Below, one piece after another: positions 41,801 to 53,800 of a stretch of DNA of 64,000 nucleotides; the stretch's first letter is position 1; the number at the start of each line of letters is the position of its first letter. Position numbers and translations under genes: made by a program. This DNA is from Eledone cirrhosa. Taxonomy: Eukaryota. The stretch covers positions 194,556,001 to 194,620,000 of the forward strand of contig OZ024741.1 of NCBI GenBank assembly GCA_964016885.1. The letters run 5' to 3'. The notes beneath the pieces were generated by a model. That model worked only from the letters and a program-made list of their open reading frames with translations. It ran no database searches and was not told where the DNA came from.

Positions 41801-44800
41801 GTCTGGATTTGTAGAACTATTTAACGCATGCTAACATGTAGAAATAGATAATAACATCGCTGGTAAAGGTGGCAGATTACTAGAGAATTGAATATTGGTA
41901 AAATAGGTAGAGTATTGGATATTGGTAGAATAGGTAGAGCATTGAATATTGGTAAAATAGGTAGAGTATTGGATATTGGTAGAATAGGTAGAGTATTGGA
42001 TATTGGTAGAATAGGTAGGTTATTGGATATTGGTAGAATAGGTAGAGTATTGGATATTGGTAGAATTGGTAGAGTATTGGATATTGGTGGAATAGGTAGA
42101 GTATTGGATATTGGTAAAATAGGTAGAGTATTGGATATTGGTAAAATAGGTAGAGTATTGGATATTGGTAGAATAGGTAGAGTATTGGATATTGGTAGAA
42201 TAGGTAGAGTTATTGGATATTGGTAGAATAGGTAGGTTATTGGATATTGGTAGAATAGGTAGGTTATTGGATATTGGTAGAATAGGTAGAGTATTGGATA
42301 TTGGTAGAATAGGTAGAGCATTGGATATTGGTGGAATAGGTAGAGTATTGGATATTGGTAAAATAGGTAGAGCATTGGATATTGGTAAAATAGGTAGAGT
42401 ATTGGATATTGGTAGAATAGGTAGAGTATTGGATATTGGTGGAATAGGTAGAGTATTGGATATTGGTGGAATAGGTAGAGTATTGGATATTGGTAGAATA
42501 GGTAGAGTTATTGGATATTGGTAGAATATGTAGAGTATTGGATATTGGTAGAATATGTAGAGTTATTGGATATTGGTAGAATATGTAGAGTATTGGATAT
42601 TGGTAGAATAGGTAGGTTATTGGATATTGGTAGAATAGGTAGAGTATTGGATATTGGTAAAATAGGTAGAGTATTGGATATTGGTAGAATAGGTAGAGCA
42701 TTGGATATTGGTGGAATAGGTAGAGCATTGGATATTGGTAAAATAGGTAGAGTATTGGATATTGGTAGAATAGGTAGAGTATTGGATATTGGTAGAATAG
42801 GTAGGTTATTGGATATTGGTGGAATAGGTAGAGTATTGGATATTGGTAAAATAGGTAGAGTATTGGATATTGGTAGAATAGGTAGAGTATTGGATATTGG
42901 TAGAATAGGTAGGTTATTGGATATTGGTGGAATAGGTAGAGTATTGGATATTGGTAAAATAGGTAGAGTATTGGATATTGGTAAAATAGGTAGAGTATTG
43001 GATATTGGTAGAATAGGTAGAGTATTGGATATTGGTAAAATAGGTAGAGTATTGGATATTGGTAGAATAGGTAGAGTATTGGATATTGGTAGAATAGGTA
43101 GAGTATTGGATATTGGTGAAATAGGTAGAGTATTGGATATTGGTGGAATAGGTAGAGCATTGGATATTGGTAGAATAGGTAGAGTTATTGGATATTGGTA
43201 GAATTGGTAGAGCATTGGATAAAATATGCAATTGCAGTATTTGTTCTGGCTCTTTACATTCTGAGTTTAAACCACATCAAAGTCACCCTTTGCTTTTCAT
43301 ATTTCTGGGGTCAATAAAATAAAGTTCCAACCAAGTACCTTGGTGGATTTAGTCAACTTTACTCATCACCCAAATGGTCTTGTGCATAAAGTAGAAATCA
43401 ATATTATTAATGATAGATGTAGCTACTCAATACTGATGTTAAAACATTGGTTAGTTGTTGGAAATTTAAAGAATAGTTAATTTTGATACTAAAGTGGCTC
43501 TCCTTGTTACCCTCTAACACTTAGTGGAATTCCTTGGTACTCACTAACACAGGTACTCTAATACACCACAACATCCCCTTCACTACATCAATATACTACA
43601 ACACCCTCCATTACACTCCGTCCACAACACTACAACATCTTACACTACAATTTGATATAGCAACTTTTGTTATAACAAATGTGAAATAGTAAATTTTAAG
43701 TTTTTTCATTTAACATCATTCTGTTTTTGTATGTTTTAGACAATCTGTTATAAAAGACTTGGCAGATAATCTCACTGAATTTGAGGTAATTAATGACCTT
43801 TTATTTTGTCATCAATATAATCATGTCATCATCATCATTATTATCAATATAAGCACCACATGTCATCTTTGTTTAGTATATATTTTCCATGCTTGCATAA
43901 GTTACACGTCTGCGCAGGCGCAAAAGGAAGTTGACAATCCACTACCCCAAACTCACCAACAACTAGCCTAGGCAAGTCCCTCCCCCTCCTCCAACTAAAC
44001 GATCACCCCATCCAGGCTGGTAATATGGCACGGTTAAAGTATATTGCAGTTTTTCTCTGCCAGTGGCAGCTGACCGAAGTCTAGTGGTGGTGACAGAGTA
44101 TGAGTTTCAATAGGCCTTAATACTACACCTAATTTATGCCTGGACAATAGAGTTGACCAATATCTGCTAAGAGAATATATAAACTTATTTCTAGATATTA
44201 TGGTTTCACAGTGGAAATTAAGATTGAAAATTAGAAATTAAAAGTTAAAATCCTAATAGAAGTGATTAAAAATATAAAAAAATATATATATAAAAAGTAA
44301 ATAGGGAGATTAAAGTAAGAAGTTTTGAAAAGGGGTCAATATTGGATACTACAGATATATTATCAATATATTGAACGATAGTACCGTACAGTAGAACAGA
44401 AAATTATAGAAGAAATTTTGAAAAAGGGGATCAATATTGGATATTACAGATATACCATTCATATATTGAACAATAGTACTATACACTAGAATGGAAGATA
44501 AATTAAAGTATGAAGTGTAGTAATTAGGCAAACAATTAGTTAATATCTTCTACCATATGAATCAAAACAAAAGGTACATAGATGCAAAATGAGCGAGGAG
44601 ACATATATGAGAAAGATAAACATGTATATCAGTATGGAAACGAAGGTAGAAGTGGTGGAAATGCTTGTCAATTTGACCATGTAAAGTGCATATAAAAATT
44701 GTTATTGGATGAAGCGAGGAGGCCTACGTCCGAGGTCCCTGTGCAAAATGCAAGTTGTTGCAGGAAAATAAGGGGTTTTACGTTGCTTTCGTGTCCGCTT

Positions 44801-47800
44801 ATTTATCTGGTTGAAAGTTTGTTTATAATTTTAAGTTCATCCAGTAGTAGGGATATCCATGGTAGAGGGAATTTCTGGGTGTAGCTGATGGCTGTTGCCT
44901 TCACTTCTTCACTATATTGGTTATACCACAAAGTGCTCAACGTTTTAGGAGCAAAATTCTTACGGTAAATATTGATGGAATTCAATTCAAGCACTCATGT
45001 ATTTTTTCACATAGGAAAACGTAGTATATATATGTGGAGGCATGTGGCCTAGTGGTAAGAGTGTTGGACTTACAATCATAATGTTGTGGGTTCGATTCCT
45101 GGGCTGCATGTTGTTTTCTTGAGCAAAACACTTCATTTCACGTTGCTCCAGTATACTCAGCTGAAAATGAGTACCAGCAATAGCTGGAGGTTTAACCCTG
45201 CGATGGACTGGCGTCCTGTCCAGGGGGGTGTCTTGTACTCTGTCGCTTCACGGCATGAAACCGGGATAAGCACCGGCCAAATGAGCCTTCTGGCTTAAGA
45301 CAGACTTTAGACTTTTTAATATATATATATATATATATATAAGCACCCAGCACACAACTGTCAATGTAGTTGGCGTTAAGAAGGGCATTCAGCCGTAGAA
45401 AACCAGCCAGAAACACTCCTATATGAGCGAGACACAGTCACCTGACCCAACTTGCCTCTAAATGGGACAAACCTGTCTAACCCATGCTAGTGTGGAAGAT
45501 AAACGTTAATCGATGATCATGATGAAGTATATATCTTGTTTTGTATCCTCTTCCAGGCAGAATGGGATCAGTTTATAGACACTATTGATGCTGCTGTAAA
45601 ATGTGGATTACATGAGAAACTTAAATTACTTGAGGTTGGTGATTATTTGCCCCTGCAACTAACAGTCATTGTTGTACAACATGGAAATCCTGTTACCCTG
45701 GACAAATTACTCCCAGCGTTCACCTCCCCCTATTTACTACTTGTTTTCCAACGCCATTTTGGATGACTGCCCTGACGTAAACATGTAATGGAGCTTGAAA
45801 CTTGTATGGTAAGCTTTATATTTTTTCTTCTCTGCACTAATCCTATTTTATTTTTGTTTGACTTTCTTTCCTTCTGTAAATAATTGTCTTTAGAAATTTT
45901 CTGTAACTACTTTTGTAAATAAAATTTGGTTTTATATATATACAAACATATACCTACAAATAGTTTTACATTCTGAATGTGGTGAGCTGAAAAAAACTTC
46001 AATCAACTGAAACTATCCTTGCAATTTCAAGGTGGTTGTTCTTTTTTCTTCTTTTTTTCTTCTTTGTTTCTTCTTCTACTTATTCCTAGGAGGGCCATGG
46101 AAGCAGAGACCTCAAACACTCCTTCCAGCAGGTCCTGTCAGAAGCAACCATTTCTAACTGATCCTCCTGGATCCCTAAGCGAAACCAGCCGAGGTCATAG
46201 ATGTTATCCAACCATCTTGCTTGGTGTCAACCTCTGGGTCTCCTGCCAGTTGGTTTTGCTCATAAAATCTGTCCAACAATTCTTTCCTGAGACATTCTAA
46301 CCACATGCCCATAGTACCGGAGCTGTGACCAATCAATTTGGAGAAATAGCAGCTCTATCTGGAGTGACTCTCTGATCTCCGGAAATGTGAATTTCAAGGT
46401 TGGTACTCATTAGAAGTGTCCAAATGATGAGAAACAACAAAAGAAGGGAGAGGACTCCTATAGCCCAAGCTTGTCTAAGTCTTTTGGAACAATTTAAGAC
46501 AATGCAGTGGAAGTGGACCTTATTTAGAAGCCTGCTTGATAAAAACAATAGATATGTTTGACCTTATTAAATCTCACCAAATATTCACTTAGCAAGGTAG
46601 GGTAAACAACATGTTTAGTATGAAATGTGGCATATAAGTAGATGACTTGTATATATTCCTACTGGCAATGTTTATAATCCAAGTGATGTCACTTTAGTTC
46701 AACTGTTTATATATGTAAGATAAAGCAGCAATAATAATTTTTTAGTAGGTAATTTATCTACTAAGGCAGTGAATTGGCAATCATTAGAACATTGAATGGA
46801 ATACTTTGTGGTATATGTTCTGGCTTTCTGTGCTCTTTCAAATCCTGCTGAGATCAATAAATAAAGAATCAGTCCAATACTAAGGTCAATTCTTCCTCTA
46901 TATCTCTTTCTCACTTTCTCTCCTCTTTTCTGAAAGAAATCGTCAGTGTTCTGACCTGGAGAGGGATGGGCTCCGTCAGGTTTTAAATACCCAAGAAACA
47001 CTATATCACTACTGGTGTTGTGGATCCATATAATACAAAAATGTATCTATTATATTTAATTTCTTTTATTTGAAATTTATGATTGTTCAATACCCACCTA
47101 GTAAAACTGAATATCTGTCCAGATTTTAAACAACAGAATACTAGCTCATTCCATTGCACAGATGGTTCTATAGAAATAGTGGACACCTTCCGTTACTTGG
47201 GTGACAAAATCAGCAGTGGTGGAGGGTGCTCTGAAAGTACAGTAGCTAGAGTCAGAACTGGAGGGAAAAAGTTCAGAGAGCATATACCACTATTAGCCGC
47301 TAAAGGGTTCTCTCTAAAAATGAAAGGCAGGCTGTATGATGCCTGCATACGAACAGCAATGTTACATGGCAGTGAGACCTGGGCATTGTGTGCAGAGGAT
47401 ATACGCAGACTGGAGAGGAACAAAGCTTGCATGCTCCGCTGGATGTGTAATAGTAATATACGTGAACGGAAAAGCATAAACGAACTAAGGGAAAAATTAG
47501 AAATAAGAGGGATCAGATTTTGTTTACTCGAGAGAAGACTACGTTGGTATGGTCACGTGATGCGCATGAAAGACGACAGCTGTATAAAAAAGTGCAGGGC
47601 AATAAAAATAGACGGTAGCCACGGAGTAGGCAGACCCAGAAAAACCTGGTAATACAGAAGACCCGCCTTACCTAAATACAAAGTAAAACCTACTACAGTC
47701 AGTAGGCACCTCTAACAAAATACGCCCCCGTCCCACTACCCCCACCCCATCCATATCACCCCTTTCAATGTAAAGTTATGTTGGTACCACAACATCCAGT

Positions 47801-50800
47801 CCGAAACAAATGAGGTCGTGTAGGTGTCACGACAAAAAAAACACACAGTCCACGCTGTAATGTGGCCGTGTAGGTAACACAGTAAAAACTTCCCAGTCCA
47901 CACTGTAAACGTGGTTGGTGTTAGGAAGGGCATCCAGCCTTAAAAAACCCGCCAGACAGTCCTATGCGAGCAAGACAACCACTCTTGCCACAAGTGGGAA
48001 AACTCCCGTCCAAACCCATGCAAGCATGGAAGATGGACGTTAAACGATGATGATGATGATGATGATTAAGAAGTTGCTTGATGAAATATATTTAGAGTAT
48101 GTAACAAATATATCTAAAATGAGAGGAATTTATATCAGAATTTATACCTTTCATGATTATTTTTTTTAATGAAATACACATTATTTCAATTAATTAATGA
48201 AGAATTTTGAGTTATTTACTAAATATTATTTCATTACTAATATAGGAACTGAACATATTGTTATTACATAAAATTATGCTGGAAGATTTTAATCTAAAAT
48301 GGTTGGTTTTGTTTCATTGAATCAGAGTTGATTTTGGCTGGGTTGGTATGAAATGGTTTAAGTTTCTATTATTCTCTTTCTTCAATTTCCACATATAATC
48401 ATGTATAAGTTGCACCTTATACATAAAACATCTATAATGTACCATATATATTGTACTGACATTTTGTAGGTCCTGTAAATAAATCACATGCTGGTTTTCA
48501 CCTGGAAAATGTGCAGCTTACACATGCGTATATTTTAACAACTAAAACACCCATACAAATTCATTCTATTTTCCAGTCAGAGCTGAAATCTTCAGGTTGT
48601 GAAGTTATACTTGTTTTTTTTGGACCATTGGAGTCTGTGAAAAAATGGTTGATAGAAACTAAATCTTCCTTTCCTGCTCTTCAAGATTCTTCAAAAAATG
48701 TAAGAATTATATTTTAAAATATTTTTCAGAAATGTTTAATTCTGGTTATTAGCATTTTGTACTAATTTCATAAAACATTTAGCAAATTCATGCATGCACA
48801 TACATGCATACATAGTCATCACATTTTAATGTGACTTGATAGTGTTTAATTTGAATATTTATATTCAAATTTAACACTAGCAAGTCACATTAAATATATC
48901 ACTTAAATTTATGTTCATCATAACATTTTAACTGCTGTTTGTGTGTTAATTAATGGATCTCAGATGTAGCACATAAAGAAACTATGCAATATTTACCACA
49001 AGTTATCTTGTGGGGTATTTAGATGTTTTTCTGACTATTCACCTCACCAGCTGCTGTTGAATTAAAGACAATTCAAATCACTATGGTATATATAGCCATT
49101 GTTGGCATCATGAGTGGTTGGTGTATAAATCAGCTGGAAACAAAGGAAATATATGCATAAGTATATATATATGTATATATGTCAAACAAAGGGTTGGGAG
49201 GACCCTTCAGTTGTGTCACTGACATGACAACCTCCCTAATGCCAGTACATGCTGTAAAGTGGTTGGTGATAGGAAGAGCATCCAGCCTTAGAAAGCTTGC
49301 CAAACAAAGGATTGGGAGGACCCTCCAGTTGTGTCAAAGACATGACAACCTCTCTCGTGCTAGTGCCACAATAAAATGGGAAGTCAGTATCCCCACATCA
49401 GTATTGACTCGATCTGTGAAGCCCCATCCAACCCTTGATAGCAGGGAAAGTGGATACTAAATGATAATTGATATATATATATATAGAGAGAGAGAGAATT
49501 AAAATTTAGCTTTAACATAACTGTATACACATGTATGTGAATTTCGTATGTCTAAAGATATATGGTATGTTTAATAAACAAACATTTTGAAAGCCAAGCT
49601 ATGAGTATTGAAATGCTGACGGCCGTGCCCGCTAACGGATGCCAGCAGAAGCAGCAAGGGATAACTGCCTATATGTATTTCAAACTTAATGATTCTCATC
49701 GGGACAGTTCTGCCTTCTGTTGAAACTTGAAAACAGGCGAGAATATATAATATTTTCGCCTGTATAGGTGGCCTGATGAGTTTTTTCGTTTTTCTATGAA
49801 TTCAAATATACTCTCACTTCATCTCGATCAGGGACAACAATGTTTACTCATTTAACTTTATCATAGCTCTATGCATGTGTGAGTGCCTATGTGTTTCCTT
49901 TGTATTCTTTAAATTCCTCCAATAAAGGAAAATCTAGCCTCTAGAAGAAAGCATTTTCTCATTAATATGCATGCATTGTTTTATCACTTAACCCTTTTAT
50001 TACCATATTTCTGATAAAAATATGCTGTGTTTGAATTCATTAGTGAAGAATTTGGAGAGATTTACTAAAATTGTTTAAATTATTATGATGGTACATAAGA
50101 AAAATGTTTTTATGTAAAATTATGTCGAATGGTTTTAATTTAAATAAGAATCTTTTTAAAGTGGGTGGTTTGTTTCATAGAACCAGAGGTGGTTTTGATT
50201 TAGTTGGTATGACAAGAGTTAATCAGGAGGAATGACAGTATCTGTGATCCTTTAGGGATCTCCAAGACTTTATAAAGGAAGGAGGGAGTTATCCTTAAAC
50301 CAGAGACCTGGCCCAAATGCATGCAACTGAGTGTGCACTGCTAAAGGGCTTCAAGGGTCAAGTGTTGATGGCGTGAGACCACATAAGTAGTCCATACTAG
50401 GATTTGAACTCATAATAAAGTACTGGGACAGATATCGCAAAGCATTATATCAGACTCTCTAATTCCTCTACCAATTCACCATATACACAAATTTGTGTGT
50501 GTGTCTGCCTTACAGCTATTCATAACTGAATGTTTTTTGGTTCTTTTTTTCCAGCTTTACTCAACACTTGGATTAAGTAGATCTGTCAAGAAAGTAAGAT
50601 ATTTATAATACATATATATAACCCTCACCACACTCATATATATCTCCTTAATTCAAATTCTTTTCCCACTGTGCCTGTATTATCATCAGTGTGTCTACTT
50701 GTCTATTTTCTATACTCACTTGGAGTTAGATGAGCTATCTCCTTTGTGAAATCAGCTTTTACCACTGTTGATCATGTCTTCCTCGATCAAACCTACCATA

Positions 50801-53800
50801 TCTCCCTTCAACCTGAACATCACATAATCTCATTGATCTATCAATTCGATCAACAAGATCCCAGACCTCATTTACTTACCAAGTGAGGTGGAACTCGTCA
50901 AATTGGACCAAGGAAACAATTTTTCCATTGGTCTTTCCATGGCTGATACTATCTACTGATCGCAATGCATAATGCATCGCCCAGTCTCTGGAATCAAACA
51001 CACACCTTCATGATTGTGAATTCAATTCTCTAACCATTAAGCCAAATCTATGGCTTCATAATTCCTTAACCACTAAGCTTCAAATCTATAGCTTCATAAT
51101 TCTGTAAGAAATTCTTGTATGTCCCACTTACAAATGTAGTGTATCCTAAACACAAGTATATGTATTATATATTTATATATGTGTATTTTGTATATCTAAT
51201 GATATACAGTATGTTTATGGATAAACATTTGAAGGTCTTAATTTGAATTTTGGAAGCTGATACCTAACGCCATCTAGCGAATTCTAGCAGAAGCAAGTGA
51301 GGATAACTATTGACAATTGTTTCTGTCTGGTGGCTGTTATCAAGATAGTGCTCCCCCTACCTTGCTCTCTATATATATGCATAGAAGGAAGCAACACCTA
51401 GTGGTATCTAGTATGTACCACTTCTCACCTCCGCCCACATCTTAACACACCTACACCCACGTGTTAACACTCCACCCTTCACTAGCTAAGTACCTTACAC
51501 TACATACACACCTCTGTGCAGGGGGTTTGGGCTGGTGACATGACAAATAACTACCCAGTCTACCCTGTATGGTGGTCATGTTGGTGACACAACAGCAGGC
51601 ACCTAGTCTACCCTGTACATGGTCATGTGGTTTGGGGAGTGGTCGGGTTGGTGCCATGACAAAGAGTACTCTGTCTGCCCTGTAAGGTGGTCGTGTTGGG
51701 GACACAACAAAAGCACCCAGTTCATTTTGTAGGGTGGTTGTGATAATAACATGACAATAAAAGTCCAGCCCACCCTGTAAAGTGGTGGTGATGTTGACAT
51801 GACAAAAGCACCCAGCCCAGCATTGGTGACAAGACAAAAGAACTCCCAGCCCAACCATGATGACCTGGCCCACCCTGCAAGTGGTAATTTTGGAGACATG
51901 AAAAAATGCACCCAGTCCACACTGTAAAGTTGGCTACACCATACCTTGCTCATACCTGGAGCCAACCACATTTACTGTGTGGAACAGGCTGGTACCATTA
52001 TGAAGTAAGTCTGGCCAGTTGTCTGTGCTGTACCCTGCTTGTAGTGGAACCATGGAACTGGGTGAGTCCATTTTGAAGTAGGTCTGGCCAGTTAGCTACG
52101 TTGTACCCTGCTTGTAGTGAAACCATGGAACTGGGTGGTTCCATTATGAGATAGGCCTGGCCAGTTGGCTACATTGTACCCTGCTCATAGGGGAAGCATA
52201 TTATGGGAGCTGGGTGGGCATGTTATGAGGGAGGTATGGCCAGTTGGCTGCACTGGGACCTGTGTTGCTATCTGCTTATGAATTGTTGGACCAAATTTTT
52301 AATGTGTATATGTTTGTTTACAGGTGTATTGTATAGAGACCATTCAATATTATGCTGCTCAGAAGGCTTCTCATGTTGCTCTCCCAACTCCATACAAAGG
52401 TTTCAATGAAGATACTTACCAAGTAGGAATATTTTAGTATAAAATTACTCATTTTTATTTAAATTATCTTTCCTAGGGAAACAAAACCGGATGATTTATT
52501 ATGAAATTCGCAACTTTTATAATATCTTTCATCACAAATATAACATTAAATTTAAAAGCAGAAGTCAAAAGATCATCATCATCATCATCATCAGGTTTAG
52601 CGTCCGTGTTCCACGCTTGCATGGGTTTGGACGGGGGTTTTCCCACTTGAGGCAAGAGTGGTTGTCTTGCTCGCATAGGACTGTCTGGCGGGTTTTCTAC
52701 AGTTGGATGCCCTTCCTAACACCAACCACATTTGGGCCAGGTCTCTGGTTTAAAGATGACTTTAAATATTAGATGTGACCATTTCATAAATCCACAAGTA
52801 AATTTCTTCTCAATTTCTGGAATTGCATAACAAGAGGTGGTGGATATATTTTTTTATGTTTAACAAACTCAACATTTACACACACATTCACAAGACTTGT
52901 ACAGATACATAACTTACAAATATCTTGTACTTATTCATAACCTACACTTACTTTGTGCTAACTCAACATAGACTTATACCTTATACTAACATACAATTCA
53001 CACACACACACACACACACACACTTTATGCTGATACATAGTTCCTATTCAAACTATTTCATTTCTTCTTTCTTCCTAGATGGGTGGTGATTTCATCATTG
53101 ACCAAACTGGAAAGATTTTGTTTACCTATCGCAGTCAAACTCCAAGTGATCGACCTTCTGTTGACCAAATTCTAGGAACCTTAAAAGTTTGTAAACTTCA
53201 GTTGTGTTGACAATCTCTGTAGTATTGTAAACATTTATCAGATTGTTTAAAACCATTTGACCAGTGCCATCAATAATGACAGCAATAGCATTGAATGTTT
53301 TCAAGTTTTGGAATCTGGGATTGTACCATATATCCATATATACTAGGATTACTGGAAATATAAACAATCATACAAACTGGGAAATTTATAGTTTGCATAA
53401 GAGAAACCCTATAGTTTAGGTTGATTATTGACATGCGGAAGATTAAAAATAAGAATGATATTTTCGTAATATATTTCTAGGATATAATTACAGAAATGTT
53501 TAACATATAAGTACAATGACATGCAGGATTAAATGTATGAATGACTTTGGAGAAATAACTAATCACTAAGTCAAATGTTAGGTCAGAACCCAGGACCTTG
53601 TGATTGGAAAGCGAACTTCTTATTGTAACACAAGTGAGATAAGAAATGCCTTGTATGTGTATGTGTGCGTAAATTGTGAAGAGTTACAGATATATATATA
53701 AACACACACACACACACCACACCACACCGCACCACACCACACCACACACACACACACACACCACACCACACCGCACCACACCACACCACACACACACACA

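Noticed and set aside
41821-43231. Long repetitive ORFs (LPILPISNT, VLDIGRIGR, LYLFYQYPI)
   Set aside because: Artefacts of a 27-bp minisatellite open in several frames on both strands.
45036-45110. tRNA gene
   Set aside because: A and B boxes run into a SINE body; no full cloverleaf or terminator. The same applies to the other SINE heads.
45764-45775. Two TGAs read as pseudogene-inactivating stops
   Set aside because: They occupy the CxxC-equivalent positions, all other exons are intact and in phase, and a SECIS is present.
49773-49810. Plus-strand CTGATGA as a hammerhead core
   Set aside because: No helix II and no GAAA at a suitable distance.
53270-53590. SECIS candidates just after exon 9 (ATGA at 53276 and 53541)
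   Set aside because: No properly spaced AA loop plus 3' GA closing a paired helix II; the 53330-53520 region is a dispersed repeat (reverse complement near 26690-26890).
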